DNA of 64,000 nt from Eledone cirrhosa (Eukaryota). The first letter of the stretch is position 1, and each line of letters opens with the position of its first letter. Made by a program: the position numbers and the translations under genes. The notes beneath the pieces were generated by a model that was not told the DNA's origin, searched no databases, and was given only the letters and a program-made list of their open reading frames with translations. Where the stretch lies: NCBI GenBank assembly GCA_964016885.1, contig OZ024740.1:256308001-256372000 (forward strand), in the 5' to 3' direction. Below are positions 13,963 through 28,800 of this stretch, one piece after another.

Positions 13963-14549
13963 GAATGCCATGGTTGACGGAGGCTCGGCTCTGTAAGGTA
14001 TTGTAATTTTTAACCGTTATAACAATTGTACATTTTTAAAACTTGAACTAAATTGTAGATAAAGACACCCTCCTCCTCGTGAGATGGGTCTTTCTGCCCG
14101 TTATTTGGCCCTTCGGGGTTAAATAACCAGTTATTGGGGATTTGTGCCTAATATTCATTAAACCGTAAAAAAAACATGGCTACAAAAAAGAATTTTCACA
14201 AGTCACTCCCACTCCTTCCGTCTTCTTTTTCCCCAATCGTCATTACGTCAGAGAAAATATTGTCTCTCTCCCTCCCTTCTCTAAATGTTGTGTCGCCTCT
14301 GACGCCTCTTTCGCAAGCGACGCCATTAAAGAAAAAGAAAAATCTAGTTTCTCGTAGCGTTCTTCATCAAGAGAACGCGCGTACCGTGGAACATTTCTCC
14401 ACGACGACGGCAACAACGAAAGATGTGTGCGGTAAATACGGAAAGCCATTTCATTCGTCTGACGTCATGACGAATAGCAGCAGCAGCCGCAACAGTGGCG
14501 AGGAAAATACTAGTAGCAGCTGCAACAAGATCAGCAGCAGCATAAACAA

Positions 14550-14591
<42 letters not shown>

Positions 14592-17500
14592 CAACAGCAG
14601 CAGCAGCAGCAGCAGCAACATCAACAACAACAACAACAGCAACAGCGGCGGCGGTCGTAGTACCAGCAGCAACAACAAAAGTAACAGCAGCTCTGACGAC
14701 GACAACAAAAAGAAAGAAAAACCAATCTCGTTTGCAGGTATCGCAAAGAACCTGGAAACCATCCTTATAACAAATGAGGAATTACAGGACACCGAGACAC
14801 CGAGCAATCTGCAAGGCAGCCGAAGAATTTTTCGAAACCCAACAGCACTGTACGGTCAAGTACCGTACAGTAAGCACAAAATCACGCAGGGTTGAAAGAT
14901 CCACAGAGGCTCAAATACAAAAAGCCTTAGAGTCTGTGTGGCAGCGGAAAACGCATATCACCCGAGACAAGAAATATGCCACCATGGATGTGCTTTTTGC
15001 CACACCCCAGGAGACAAAGGCTTAGTAACCCTGAAGAGCTCTCGTACTGCGGGCAAAAAATTGTGAGGGTCAAACTGACCCAATTCCCCCCTCCCTCCGG
15101 GATGGCCCCTTCTTGGCTGGCCGCGTCTGTCCTTGTCGGAATCGAGGACAAAACAACCGTACTGCAAGTACAGAAAAAAGTACGAGAGGATTGGGTCGGT
15201 GCCTCCATTGAGATGTTAATCCAAACCAACCAGGAGTGCATCGAAGCTATCCCGGATGTGATAGACTTCTATAACGGCACTCAACTTCCCATAAGTGTTG
15301 AGGGCAAACGCCTGAAATGATTTCGCTGTGGGTCGAAGACTCACCTCAGGGCCTTCTGCAATGAGAAGACCCTGAGAAAGGAAAAAAAACCCTCCTTCCG
15401 AAACCGGCTCCACTGCTACCAGCAACAGGGCAGGCGGCAAGCAGGAAGGATAGGTATGTGCCACCCATACCCACGACACGGAAATCAAGAACAGCAGCAG
15501 CAGTGGAAGTATTAACAACAACAACAGTAATACCAACTGCAGCTGCAACAGAGACTCCACTGCAAACATCACCAACAACAACAAGTGAAAGAGTGGAGCT
15601 GGTACCCCTCCCCGACGTCACAGAATCGGACATGGAGTGTGAGGTGGGAGAGGGATGGCAAAAGGTCGCAAGAAAGCACAAACGCAGAAGCAGCACATCG
15701 TCGCCTTTGAAAAGGGAGGGAAGAAATGAAAAAAGGTGAAGGCTACTGCAAAAAGACTTACAGCAGCAACACCACCAACACCATCACCACCCATACTAGC
15801 ACTACCATCACCACCGGCGGCAACTCCACTGCCAACAACAACGACACCTTCAACAACGACACCACCACAAGCACCAACATCGCAAACACAACAACAAACA
15901 CACACACCCAGCAACAACGACAAGAAAATAGCAGAACCACACCCCACCCCCAGAAAAAGAAATGCACAGCAATAAATACACAAGAAACTAATGACTTACA
16001 TAATTGAACACAGACATTTCACAGCACGACTACATAATACCAGCACCAATCAAAACACCAACGAACATAAGACTGGTAAGAATATCACAGAAACAATACA
16101 CAAACATTAAAATGAAATTCCCCAACGCAGTTGGTGATTTCAGAGACCTAGGAGGGACACTCAACCGGAGAGTATACTCGGATATACTCACAGATGAGCC
16201 GACGACCAGCCAAAGGGACGATTCAATGGTCCCTTCACCAGACGATCAAGGTAAGTGATCCTTTCTCACTTGCCCCGTTCCTCATCCAACATGGCCGTAT
16301 TCAGGATCGGAAGTGTAAACATGCGTCACTTGAGCTCGGTTTGGAAGCAGGGTCACCTGCTTAACGATCTTAGGTCACTAAACATAGATGTGGTGGCCAT
16401 CAGCGAGACGAGAATCTCCGAAACGCAAGCTTTCGGACCGATCGTCAACGGTTACGAGGTGTACGCATCTCCGAGCCGTCCGGGGGCGGGGGCGGAGTGA
16501 CTGCGTTGTTTCGGAAAGGCTTGGGTCTCGCCATACGGACCATCTTCCTGGACCCAGAAGGTAAGTCGGTGGTGCTGGACGTAAGCGGCACCGAAGGCAA
16601 CGCTTTCAGGCTAGTAGCCGTCTATGCCCCGACAGGGACAGGACGGCCAGATTTCTTTAGACGTCTAGAGACCTCTCTTGGAACGTCCCGCTCTTTAGTG
16701 TTAGTGGACGACTTGAACAGTATCTTGGATGCACACTGGGATTGTGTGGGATAGTGGATAGGGGAGGAGGGTGCAAGAGACTCACCAACCTGCTCAGACG
16801 TTTTGAACTGTCTGACAGGTATCGACTGGATCACCCGAATGTACCAATGTGGACATGGTAAACCGCATCGGGTCATCCAGATCGTATCTCGATAGGGTAT
16901 TCTGAAGAGAACTAGATAAGGTTAGTATAAGTTGTCCACAATTTAAAATAGTCGACTACACATACCACAGATTTGTGATCTGTGAGATAGACATAGACAG
17001 ACTTCATAGACAAGGACCCGGTTACTGGAAGCTGAACGCGTCTTTACTGGGCGCGCAAAGCCTACAGAGACCGGATTAGCGTATTAGTTAAGCGGGCGTT
17101 GACGGGAGCGGTCGCCAACAACAGGTGGTGGTTGGCTCTGAAAAGGGCAATTAAAGTAGAGTCGATTAGGTTTAGCAAAGGACTAGTGATAGAGGAAAAT
17201 AGAGTAGAGGGAGAGCTAGTCAGAAAGCTAGAAGAGGCGTTTAGGACAGGCATCGCCACCGACGTGCTTGCGGCGAGATTGGCACTCGACCAATTCGTCA
17301 ACGCAAAACACGAAGGCTGCATTGTCAGAGCTAAAGCGCGTGCTCTGAAACACGAGGGGACAAAAGCCGTCCAATGGGCCCGCGTGGCAGGGGCGCGACG
17401 TGGCAACAAAGCCACAATTCGGTCTTTATCTGATCAAAACGGGCGCGTGTTGCTCGAACCCGAGCAGATACTTGAAGCTATTCAGCAGCACTTTGTGAGC

Positions 17501-19910
17501 CGGGAAGAGGTGGCACTGCTGAGAAAAAACTCGAACAAGGGGGATGTTATCGATAACTTCAGACCCATAACGCTGTTAAACCGCAGAGCTCAAGATTTTG
17601 GCCAAGGTGTTAGCAACGAGGTAGGCGCTTGTTGTCAAGAGTCTGGTGGGAGAGGAGCAGACATGCGCCATTCCGGACAGATCCATACACGACAACCTCC
17701 ACTTCATGCAATACATCATAGAGAGGGTGGTTAAGGAACCTGGCACGGGTGGGGCGCTGATCAACTTGGATCAATCCAAAGCATTCGATAGGGTCGACCA
17801 TCGGTACCTGGCGGCAGTCCTAGAGGCGGCCCGTTTCGGGGCCGTTTTCAGGGGTTGGATCGCTGCCATGTACAGCGACATCTGCTCAGTCGTGAGGGTG
17901 AACGGTCACCTGTCGTAGCCGTTCAGCATCATGCGCTCGGTCCGCCAGATTTGTCCCCTCTCGTCCCTCTTGTACGTATTGGCTCTCGATCCGTTACTGC
18001 ACAAACTTGGGGCGATGAGGGGCGTCCCACGCGAACTAGGATGTGGGAAATCCTAGTCGGCTTACGCCGACGATATCACCGTGGTGGTGTCGAGCACCAA
18101 ACACGTCCAGATGCTCAGCACCGCTCTCAAGGAATACGAAGCGGTGACAGGAGCAAAGATAAACCAGGAAAAGTCGGTGGGCTCGGCAGCTCGGTACCTG
18201 GAAAGACATGTCCATGCCGTCCGACAGCGTTGTGGGGCGTTGGACGGACGGATCGGTTAAATTGCTCGATGTCTGGTTCTGACCGGGCCTCCAGATGGAG
18301 AAAAACTGGAGCGAGGTGACGAGCAAGGGGGCCTCCCTCACTCAGAAATGGGCCGAGAGGAAGCTGTCCCTGAAAGGCCTGGTGGAGGTGGCGAATGCAT
18401 ACATCGCATCCGTCATCTACTACCGCTTCACCGTCGTCCCTTGCCCCGGCCCAACCCTCACCAAAATGGAGCGCCTTCTCTTCCGCTTTTTGTGGAATGG
18501 ACGCGCTCCAATGGTCGCGCTCCATCTGCTGTCAACACCCGTTGCGTGGAGGACTGGGCATGCCATGGCTGATGATGCGCAAACACGCGCTGAGGCTGCG
18601 ACATCTCTAGTGCTTCCTTGACGGTGAGCAGGTGTGGTCGCCGTTCGCCAGGCTCGTTTTCCCACAGCTCGTCTCCTTGACAGAACTGCAGTCCTGGGTC
18701 AGGAAAAGACCAGGGATAGCGCTTGGAAACTGAAATGTCTCCAGGCGCTCACTGCCCTCTGCCAGCTGGGCACCAGTATCGGTGGAACATCCACCTCGGC
18801 GTTCTATAGAGGACTAGTGGAGGGGAAGAGCGACGACGTTCTCGGAGAGATCCTGTGCGTCGAAGACGATCAGCTGTTTGCTCTCTTCCGGGGGACTTTC
18901 AGCCCAGGGCCTATGGATAACTTCCCAAAATCCCTGGCCTGGCAGTGCTACTGCGGACCGTTGCCGGTTCGAGATAAGCTCTACAGGCACGTAAGTGGCG
19001 TCAGCCAAGCCTGTCCGAGATGCGCACAGAGCGATGAAACCGTCGTCCACGCACTCGTTCATTGCCCGAGGATTGCTGACTTGTGGAGCTACGTCGAACA
19101 GTTGCTGTCGCGTGTAGGACTGCTCCGGTTATCGACTGAGTCCATTGTGCAGATGATCTCGCCGTCTTCCTTCGAGGAGGAAGGGCAGGCGGTTTTCATC
19201 TGCCTCGTGGCCATGGCGAAAGAGATTGTGTGGCGGACGAGGTTGAAAGGGTTAAAGACAGACACTTTCCTCTTCGACGAATCCCTGATTAACCTTTGCA
19301 AGTTTCACTTGAAGAGGTAAATCAGGGTGGAGAGGCATGTGCTGTCTTCTAGCAAGTTTGTTGAAAGGTGGGTGAATGTAGCCAGAATGGTCCGAGTGAA
19401 TGGGACCGCTCTGAATATACGCTTGTAGTTTGAGGAATGTGAAAAATTGGTGGTCAGGGTGGCCCTGGTCTTCTGTGTGGTTTTCGCCACGAGTAACCCT
19501 CGGCGGTTTCGATCCTATTGGGGAATTTTTAACTGTTTCAATTTTCATTTTTATTGTTTATACATATGTTTCTATGTCATTTTTTTCTTTCCTTATATAA
19601 ATAATTGTTTCTACGTTAGACACAAGGCCAGCAATTATCCAGTGCATTACTGGTACTTTATTTTATCGACCCCGTAAGGATGAAAGGCAAAGTTAACCTC
19701 GGCGGGATTTGAACTCAGAATGGCAAGGGCCGTAACTCTATGCGTCAAAGCATGGCGTCCGACCCTCTACCGATACTGCCAGTCCACCTTTTCTTATATA
19801 AATAATAAAAAAATCTTTACACGCACAAAACCTACATCGTACCGTCCTGTACCGTCCTGTGCCGTCTGTAATGTTTTTCTTGATGTCAGTCCTTGTGGCC
19901 AATAAAGAAA

Positions 19911-19942
<32 letters not shown>
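13963..19942 (+). mobile_element. Tx1/L1-clade LINE copy C (near full length, many stops and frameshifts, SINE in 3' UTR)
   Basis: ORF1 remnants, APE, NFRPITLLN, LDQSKAFDRVDH, YADD, CPRC...HALVHC, (ATT)n tail. ~280 bp deletion at ~17495. Confidence 0.9.
19603..19788 (-). mobile_element. SINE inserted in the 3' UTR of LINE copy C
   Basis: Reverse complement of the SINE. ttatataaataat on both sides is a likely target-site duplication. Confidence 0.85.
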
Positions 19943-20098
19943 GGCGACCTACGTAGTAAATCGTATCATCGTGAGCTCCGCAAAGGTTTGTTATTTCCGT
20001 TTGTTAAAAATTGCCATTTATGGAAAATTTTTATTGTTAACTATATATAAGCGCACATACTTTGTTTTCCGAAAAGGACACCCAAAAAGATTGGGGCC

Positions 20099-22077
20099 TT
20101 GTGCCCAAAATTTAAACTTCCTCACAAATTAACACCTCACACCGACACCACCATTGTCAATATTACTACGTTTGCCAACACTACAAAAAATATAAGCAGT
20201 AGCAATATTTTAAATTTGTCTCAGGCAGACATTCATTTCCCGCCATTACCAATGACTGCAGGTGTTAAAGCCTCCACCACCACCACCACCACCGCGACAA
20301 CCACCACCCCCACCACCACCGCGATAACAGAAACAAAAGGAAAAAATAAATCAACTCGTGATGTCGAAATAATTTCAACCAAGATGGACTCTTCCACTTC
20401 CACACCGAAAACCACTGACGTCACCACCACCACAACTGAAACTAAAATTAATAACAAAAATAACGATAGCAACAACAACAACAATGACATAAAAAAAACC
20501 ACCCTGAGTTTTGCCAGAGTAGCAAAACAGTTCGAAGCATTTACGGTAACTCAGGAGGATTTAGAAAATGCCAAACAAATGGTAAAGAAAGATGGGTACA
20601 GGGTCAGCCTCACCTTCCCCCACCTAATAAAATGGAGCATCGGCGCCTATGCACCGTGTCGTATCGAACAATAAATGTAAAATCACGCCGAGTGGAACGG
20701 GCATCCGAGTCCCAAATCCAAAAAGCTTTGGGACATGTGTGGGCAATAAAAACCCACACCAGACGTGGGCAAAAGTATGGAACCGTGGACGTGTTCTTTG
20801 AAAAACCAGAGGAGGCTAGAGAACACTCCATGGCCCCGTTAAGAAGTGACGACTTCACACTCGTCCCAAGCTATTGTGGCCAGAGACTCGTAAAGATCAG
20901 GGTGACCCACGTTCCACCGGCCATCGAAATTCCCTGGCTAATAGCGGCCGTCCTCGCCGGCATCGAAGCCAACACCAAGATAATCGAAATAGCAAAAGAA
21001 AAGCAGGAGAACTGGTCCGGATCTGGGATGGAGCTCCTGATCCAAGCAGACCAAAAAAGCATTGAGGAGATCCCAGAGGTAATAGACCTCACTGACGGCA
21101 GCCACCTCATCGTAATTGTCGAGGGCAGAAGGCCTAGGTGTGTCGTTTGTGGTGAAGGAACCCACCTAAGGGCTTTCTGCCCTCAGGCTAAAAGGTTGAG
21201 GCCACCTCTCCTACCCACCCCAGTGACACAACCATCAACACCACCAGTAGCAGATATGGCAGCAACAACTGTAGCAGCAACAACAGAAGCAACCATAACA
21301 GCAACAACCCCAGCATCAGTAGCAAAAACAACACCACCACCACCAGCAAAAGCAACACCACCACCACCCAACGCTTCAGAACTAGCACCAGCGCCTACAC
21401 CATCCACCACGCCACAACCAAAACTAACGCCTGTGGAGGATTTTCCACTCCCCGGCCTATCACAACTGGAGACAGATTGTGAAGACGAGGAGTGGGAAAC
21501 GGTATCAGGAAAAAAAAAAAGAAATCAAAAAAGAAAAAATTCTCTTCCTTCCCCTTCCAAAAACAAAATACAGAGGGAAACAAATAAATTAACAAACAAA
21601 AAAGTTAGGACAGATATGCCACCATCCACACCAGCATCACCAACCCCATCAACCCAAACACCAACACCATCACCATCATTAACCCCAACACCACCATCAC
21701 CTACACCACAAAAGTCACCAAAATGCGAAACAGAAACAAACCCACAACAAACGCAAACAAAACAAAACAACCAAAACGATACACACTACACAGCATTAAC
21801 TTTGAACAACAAGCAATTATTACACTACATCCAACACAACACCAGCATCACAGAAAAAGACTACACAACAACCCCAAAATTCACACCACCTCCACACATA
21901 CAAATCACTCGCATCACACAGAAAACGTACATGACACTAAAACAAAAATTCCCCAAAGACATCGGAGACTTCCGACAAGCACTCTCCAGGAGGATTTATA
22001 AGGACATCCTTCCTGAGGAGGCCACAAGAAGTGAAAAGGATGGAAAAACCGTCCTTCCCCTACGAAAAGTAAGGTAA
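20099..22077 (+). pseudogene. LINE ORF1 (gag-like, CCHC zinc knuckle, Thr/Pro-rich), one frameshift near 20620
   Basis: CVVCGEGTHLRAFC = CX2CX4HX4C. ORFs 20099-20674 and 20632-22077 join to match ORF1 of the other copies. The start codon is uncertain. Confidence 0.8.
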
Positions 22078-22110
22078 GTGGTCTTTCCATCTTTTCCACT
22101 CCTTTTCAAC

Positions 22111-25100
22111 ATGACCTCACTCAGAATAGGCAGCATAAATGCGCGTGGCTTGGGGTCGTCATGGAAGCAGGCCACCTGCTTTACGACCTCAGGTCACTAA
22201 ACATAGATGTAGTGGCCATCAGCGAGACCAGAATCTCCGAAGCACGGGCCTTCGCACCGATCTAAGGCGGCTACGATGTGTACGCATCTCCCAGCCGTCC
22301 GGGATCGGGGGGAGGACTTGCTGTGCTTTTTCGGAGAGGTTTGGATCTTGCCATACGGGCCATCTTCCTGGACCCAGAAGGTAAGTTGGTGGTGCTGGAC
22401 GTGACCAGCGGAGAAGGGCAAGCTTTCAGGTTAGTGGCCGTCTATGCCCCGACAGGAGCAGGGCGGCCTGATTTCTTCCGGCGTCTTGAGACCTTTTTTG
22501 GAACGTCCCGCTCTTTAGTGTTAGTGGGCGACTGGAACGGGATCTTAGATGCACGCTGGAGTTGTGTGGGATTAGCGGATAGGGGAGGAGGGTGCAAGAG
22601 TCTCACCAACCTGCTCGGGCGTTTTGAACTGTCTGACAGGTACCGATTGGATTTCCCGAATGTGCCAATGTGGACTTGGACAAATCGCATAGGGTCATCC
22701 AGATCATATCTGGATAGAGTATTTTGTAGAGAAATAGATAGGTCTAGCATAGGCTGTCCACAATTCAAGATAGTCAGCTACACGGACCACAAATTCGTGA
22801 TCTGTGTGCTTCACTTAGATAGGCTTCATAGACGAGGACCCGGCTACTGGAAGCTAAACGCGTCCTTACCAGCGCGCAAGGCCTACAGAGACCGGATTAG
22901 CGAACTAGTTAAGCGGGCGTTGACGGGGGCCATCGTCAACAACAAGTGGTGGTTTACTCTGAAAAGAGCAATTAGAATAGAGTCCATTAGGTTTAGTAAG
23001 GCTTTAGCAATAGAGAAAAATAGAGCAGAGGGAGAATTAGTTAAAAAATTAGACGAGGCGCTTAGCAAAGGCATCGCGACCGACGTACTTGCGGCGAAAT
23101 TGGCCCTTGACCAATTCTTCAATGCAAAGCACGAAGGCTGCGTTGTCAGAGCTAGGGTGCGTGCTCTCCGACACGAGGGGACGAAAGCCGTTCAATGGGC
23201 CCGAGTGGCGGAGGCGCGTCGAGACAATAAAGCCACGATCCGGTCTTTGGTGGACCACGACGGGCGCATGCTACTCGATCCCGGGCAAAAGTGTGAAGCT
23301 TTTCAGCGACACTTCGCTCAACTGTTCGGGGGCAGTGGTGGGCCGGATCGAGGGATGGACTTTAGTGTCTACCTCGACGGACTGCCGCGGCTTTCGGCCA
23401 CTGAGGCGGAGTGCGAAAAGCCGATAACAACCGCTGAAGTACGGGAGGCAATGACTGGCTGCACAAGGGGTAAATCGCGTGGTTTGGATGGTCTGCCCTA
23501 TGAACTTTACGTACAAATGCCAGACTTGTTCGGAGGCCTCTTGGCGGACGTCTACTGCAACTGGCAACAGAACGGGAGAATTCACAGCTCTGTGAGACGA
23601 GGAGCGGTGGTGCTGCTGAGAAAGGATCCGAACAAGGGGGATAACATAGATAATTTTAGGCCCATAACTCTGCTAAACACAGTGTTCAAGATTTTGGCCA
23701 AGGTGCAAGCAAAGAGGTTGGCGATTGTCGTTGGTGATCTGGTAGGAGAGACGCAGACATGCGCCATTCCCGACAGATCCATCCACGACATCCTCCACCT
23801 CATGCGATACATCGTAGAGAGGGTAGCTAGGGAACCTGGCACGGGTGGATCTTTGATCAATTTAGATCAGTCGAAAGCCTTCGATAGGGTCGACCATAGT
23901 TACCTAGCGACAGTCCTGAGGGCGGCTGGCTTTGGGCCCGTCTTCAGAGGCTGGATCGCTGCCATGCACAGCGACATCTGCTCTGTTGTGAGAGTGAACG
24001 GTCACCTTTCGGAACCGTTCAACATCATGCGCTCGGTCCGCCAAGGATGTCCCCTCTCGTCCCTCTTGTACGTATTGACTCTCGAGCCATTACTGCACAA
24101 ACTGGAGACGTTGAGGGGCGTCCCGCGCGAACTAGGATGCGGAAGATCCGTGTCAGCATATGCGGACGATGTCACCGTAGTGGTGTCGAACGCCAAACAC
24201 ATCGAGGCGATCGGCACTACACTAAGAGAATACGAAGCGGTGACAGGAGCAATGATCAACCAGGAAAAGTCAGTGGGCCTGCAGCTCGGCACCTGGAGAG
24301 GCAGGTCCATGCCGTCCAACAGCATCGTCGGACGCTGGACGGACGGACCGGTTAAATTGCTAGGGGTCTGGTTCGGTCCGGACCTCCAGACGGACAAAAA
24401 CTGGGACGAGGTGACGAGCAGGGTGGCTTCTCTCACCCAGAAATGGGCGGAGTGGAAGCTATCCCTGAAAGGTCGAGCGGAGGTGGCTAACGCGTATATC
24501 GCCTCTGTCATCTGCTACCGCCTGTCCGTCGTACCTTGTCCTAAGCCTCGCCTGACTGCGCTGGAGCGTTTGCTCTTTCGCTTTTTGTGGAAGGGACGTG
24601 CTCCGATGGTCAGGCGGTCCATCTGTTGTCAACACCTGCTACGTGGAGGGCTGGGCATGCCGTGGCTGATGATGCGCAGGCACGCGCTCAGGCTACGACA
24701 TCTCCACCTCTTCCTCGACGGTGATCAGGTGTGGTCGCCGTTTGCTAGACGCGTATTTCCCCAGCTCGTTTCCTTGACGGAGCTGCAGTCCTGGGTCAAG
24801 CGAAGACCGAGAGGGAGCGCCTGGAGACTGGAATGTCTTCAGGCGCTCACAGCCCTCGACCAATCGGGCAATGTGATCGGTGGAAACTCCACCTCGGCGT
24901 TCTATAGAGGATTAGTGGAGGGGAAGAGCGACGACGTACTTGGGGAAACTCTAGGCGTCGACGAAAATCAACTAGCCAATCTCTTCGGAAGAACTTTCGG
25001 GCCGGGGCCTATGGACAACTTCCAGAAATCTCTGGCCTGGCAGTGCTACCGAGGAGCCTTGCCAGTTCGGGATAAACTCTACAGGCATGGAGGTGCCGTC

Positions 25101-25526
25101 AGCCGGGCATGTTCGAGATGCGCGCAGGGCGACGAAACTGTCCTGCACGCACTCGTCCAGTGTCCGAAAATTGCTGACTTGTGGGTTTATGTCGAACACC
25201 TGCTGTCGCGTTTAGGACGGATCCGGCTATCATCTGAGTCCATCGTGAGGATTGCCCCGCCCTCCTCCTTTAGCCGGGAAGGGCAGGCAGTTTTTATCTG
25301 TCTGGTGGCCATGGCGAAAGAGATAGTATGGTGGACACGTTTGAAAGGGCTGAAGACGAGCACTTACCTCTTCGGTGATGCTCTGATTGACTTTTTCAAA
25401 TTTCATTTGAAAAGGAAAATCAGAGTAGAGAGGGAAGTGCTCTCTTCCCAGCATTTTGTTGAGAGATGGGTGAGAGAAGCAAGAATGGCCCGAGTGAATG
25501 GGCCTACTCTGAGCATATATCTGTAA
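22111..25526 (+). CDS. LINE ORF2: APE endonuclease - reverse transcriptase - C-terminal zinc finger (open 22278-25526; frameshift ~22170 and TAA ~22263 in the N-terminus)
   Basis: MTSLRIGSINARG, VGDWN, YLDR, TDH, GPGYWKLN, GLDGLPYE, NFRPITLLN, LDQSKAFDRV, VRQGCPLS, YADD, GGLG, CSRC...HALVQC. Confidence 0.93.
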
Positions 25527-25774
25527 ATTAAAGGTGGAAAACTGGGAGAGGGCACTTGCCTTGGTGGTCAGGGTCATTGTGGCTTTTTACTGGGCTTTCT
25601 CCACAAATGTCCCTCCGAAGTCTCCCCCCTATTGGGGAATTTTTCATTGTTATTTTTTGTTACATCCTCTGTTTTTGTTTTTTACACGCAGAAATGCCCA
25701 TTTGTACCGTCCTGCATTGTCCTGCACTGTCCTTAATGTCTACTTTATGTAAACCCTTGTGGTTAATAAAGAAA

Positions 25775-25821
<47 letters not shown>

Positions 25822-28800
25822 GGCGACTTACTTGTGAAAACGTGTTGTCGTGAGCTCCGAAAGTTTTGTTGTTTTAAGTTGTTTTGAATTGATAGATGTA
25901 GAAACTTTTAGTTGTTACCTGTTGATAAATTCATATATATTGCTTTCTGAAAAGGACCTTTTATAATATTGGGGCCTTGAGCCCAAATTTGAACTTTATT
26001 TTGTCAAAACAAGCAAGATTATTTGTCAAAAACAAAGACGGAATACGCCCCCCCCCCCCCCAATTTAAGCCAGCTTTCATGTGATAGTGGCTTTAACAAT
26101 GAAACTACTCCCACCACTACCATTGCGAACCTTTCCATAATTGCCAATACGGAAGTCGGAACCGCTAACAACATGAGCAGCAGCTGCGATAGCAGTCGCC
26201 AGATATTGTCACATGTAGCAGAGGTGGCTTATCCACCCATGCCACTGTCTACCGATGTGAAAGTCGCCATTCTCACCGCCACAATCTAACACAACTGATA
26301 TCTCCAACAACTGAAACAAATAAATTATCTCGTGATAACAAAATGGATTCTCCCAATTTATTAACATCATTCACCAATGGGGACACCGCCATCCCCACAA
26401 CCACAATGTCGACAGTCACGTCAAACACCACTGACACCAACAGCAGCACTACCAGCAGTAGCACCACGACCACCATCACCACCACCACAGCAACAACTGA
26501 AACAAAAAATAATAATAACAAGAACAACAACAGCGCAAAACCAAATGTGTCTTTTACAAAAGCGAGGAACAAGAGCGAAACGATTAAGGTAAGCCAAGAA
26601 CAACGGAATGAGACCAGTTGTATGGTGAAGAAAAATGGCTACAAGGTCAGCCTAACTCCTCCATCAAACACCATGGAACATCGGCGGCTATGTACGGTAT
26701 CATATAATTAGCACAAAAACACGCCGAGTGGAGCAGGCATCCGAGTCCCAGATCCAAAAGACTTTAGGACATGTGTAGGCTCAGAAAACCAACATCAGAC
26801 GTGTACAAAGATATGGGACCGTGGATGTGTCCTCTGGAACCCCACAGGAAGCCACTCCATAGCTCCACTAAAGAGTGACGAGTTCACAGTAGTCAAATGT
26901 TACTGCAGAGAAAGTCTCGTGAGAGTGAGGGTAACCCAGGTTCCACCGGCCATAGAAATTCCCTGGCTGATTGCTGCCGTCTCGTTGACATGGAGGACGA
27001 CACAAAATTCATCGAGGTCATAAGAATAAAACAAGAGAACTGGTCCCTATCTAGAATGGAGCTCCTGATCCAAGCAGAACAGAAAAACATCCAGGCGATA
27101 CCAGAGGTGATAGGCCTAAATGACGGCAGCCACTGTAATTATCGAAGGTAGAAGGCCAAGGTGTGACACCTGTGGCGATGGAATCCACCTAAAGGCTTTC
27201 TGCCGTCAGGGGATGGCCAAACATTTAAGACCCCCTCTCCTGCCTACCCTTCTGGCTCAACCAGCAAAAAAAGCATCAACTGTAGCACGCCAGAAGTAGC
27301 ACTAAGCCCAAAACCATCCACCACAACACAACCAGCATTAACGCCTATAGAGGACATTCCACTCCCCGACCTCTCACAAGTGGAGACAGATTGTGACGAC
27401 GAGGAGGGGTGGAAAACTGTATCTATAAAAAATAGAAACCAGAAAATATAAAACCCTCTTCCTTCGCCTCCATAAAAATAGAGGTCGAAAAAAAAACAAG
27501 AAACTTAAGACAACTACGCCACCACCACCACCCACACCAGCATCACCAGCGCCATTACCATAAATCCCAACACCATCACCATCATCAACAACAATACCAG
27601 CACCACCAACACCACAAACAATACCAACAAGTGAAACAGAAAGAAACCCACAACAAACTCAAACAAAACAAAACGACCAAACTGAAACACACTTACAGCA
27701 ATTCACACACCCACACATACAAATTACTCGTATCATACAGAAAACATACACAAACCTAAAAGAAAAGTTCCCCAAGGACATTGGAGATTTCCAGCAAACA
27801 CTTTCCAGGAGGATATATAAAGACATCCTCCCGGAGAGGGCCACAGCCAGTCAGAAAGACAGAGGAACCATCCTTCCTCCACAAGAACTGATTTAAGTGG
27901 TCTTTCCCATCTTTTTCCACTCCTTTTCAAGATGACCTTACTCAGAATAGGCAGCATAAATGCACGTGGCCTTGGGTCGTCATGGAAACAGGGCCACCTG
28001 CTGAACGACATCAGGTCAATGAACATAGATGTGGTGGACATTAGCGAGACTAGAATTTCCGAGGAACATGTCTTTGCACTCATCTTCGGTGCTTATGTTG
28101 TGTACGCATCTCCAAAGCGCCCGGGATCGGAAGGTCGCTGTGCTGTTTCGGAATACCTGGATCTCATGATACGGACGATTTTCCTAGACCCAGAAGGTAA
28201 GTCGGTGGTGGCGGGCGTGACAAGCAGCGAAGGCTATGTTTTTAGGCTAGTGGCTGTTTATGCCCAGACATGAGGCAGGATGGCCTGATTTCTTCAGACG
28301 ACTGGAGAACTTCCTATGAACGTCCTGCTCTTTAATGTTAATGGGATATTGGAACAGGATCTTGGATGCAAACTGGGATTGTGTAGGATTAGCGGATAGG
28401 GGAGGAGGATGTAAAAGCCTCGCAAACCTGCTCAGACGTTTCTAACTGTCTAACAGGTACTGACTGGATTTCCCAAATATGCCAATGTGGACATGGACAA
28501 ACCGCATCGGGTCATCCAGATCGTGTCTAGATTGAGTATTTTGTTAGGAAGTAGATAGTTATAGCACAGATTGTCTACAATCCAAGATAGTCGATTAGAA
28601 TAGAGTCCATTAGCTTAGTAAGGCGTTAGCAATAGAGAAACATAGAGCTGAGGGAGAACTAGTTATAAAACTAGTCGAGGTGCTTAGTAAAAGCATCGCG
28701 ACCGACGTGCTTGCGGCGAGATTGGCCCTCGACCAATTCTTCAACGCAAAGCACGAAGGCTGCGTTGTCAGAACTATGGCACGTACTCTCAGACACGAGG

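Larger units (their letters stand above)
19943..25821 (+). mobile_element. Tx1/L1-clade LINE copy D, full length and best preserved (~5.9 kb)
   Basis: 5' UTR, ORF1, ORF2, 3' UTR, AATAAA and a long (ATT)n tail. Confidence 0.95.
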
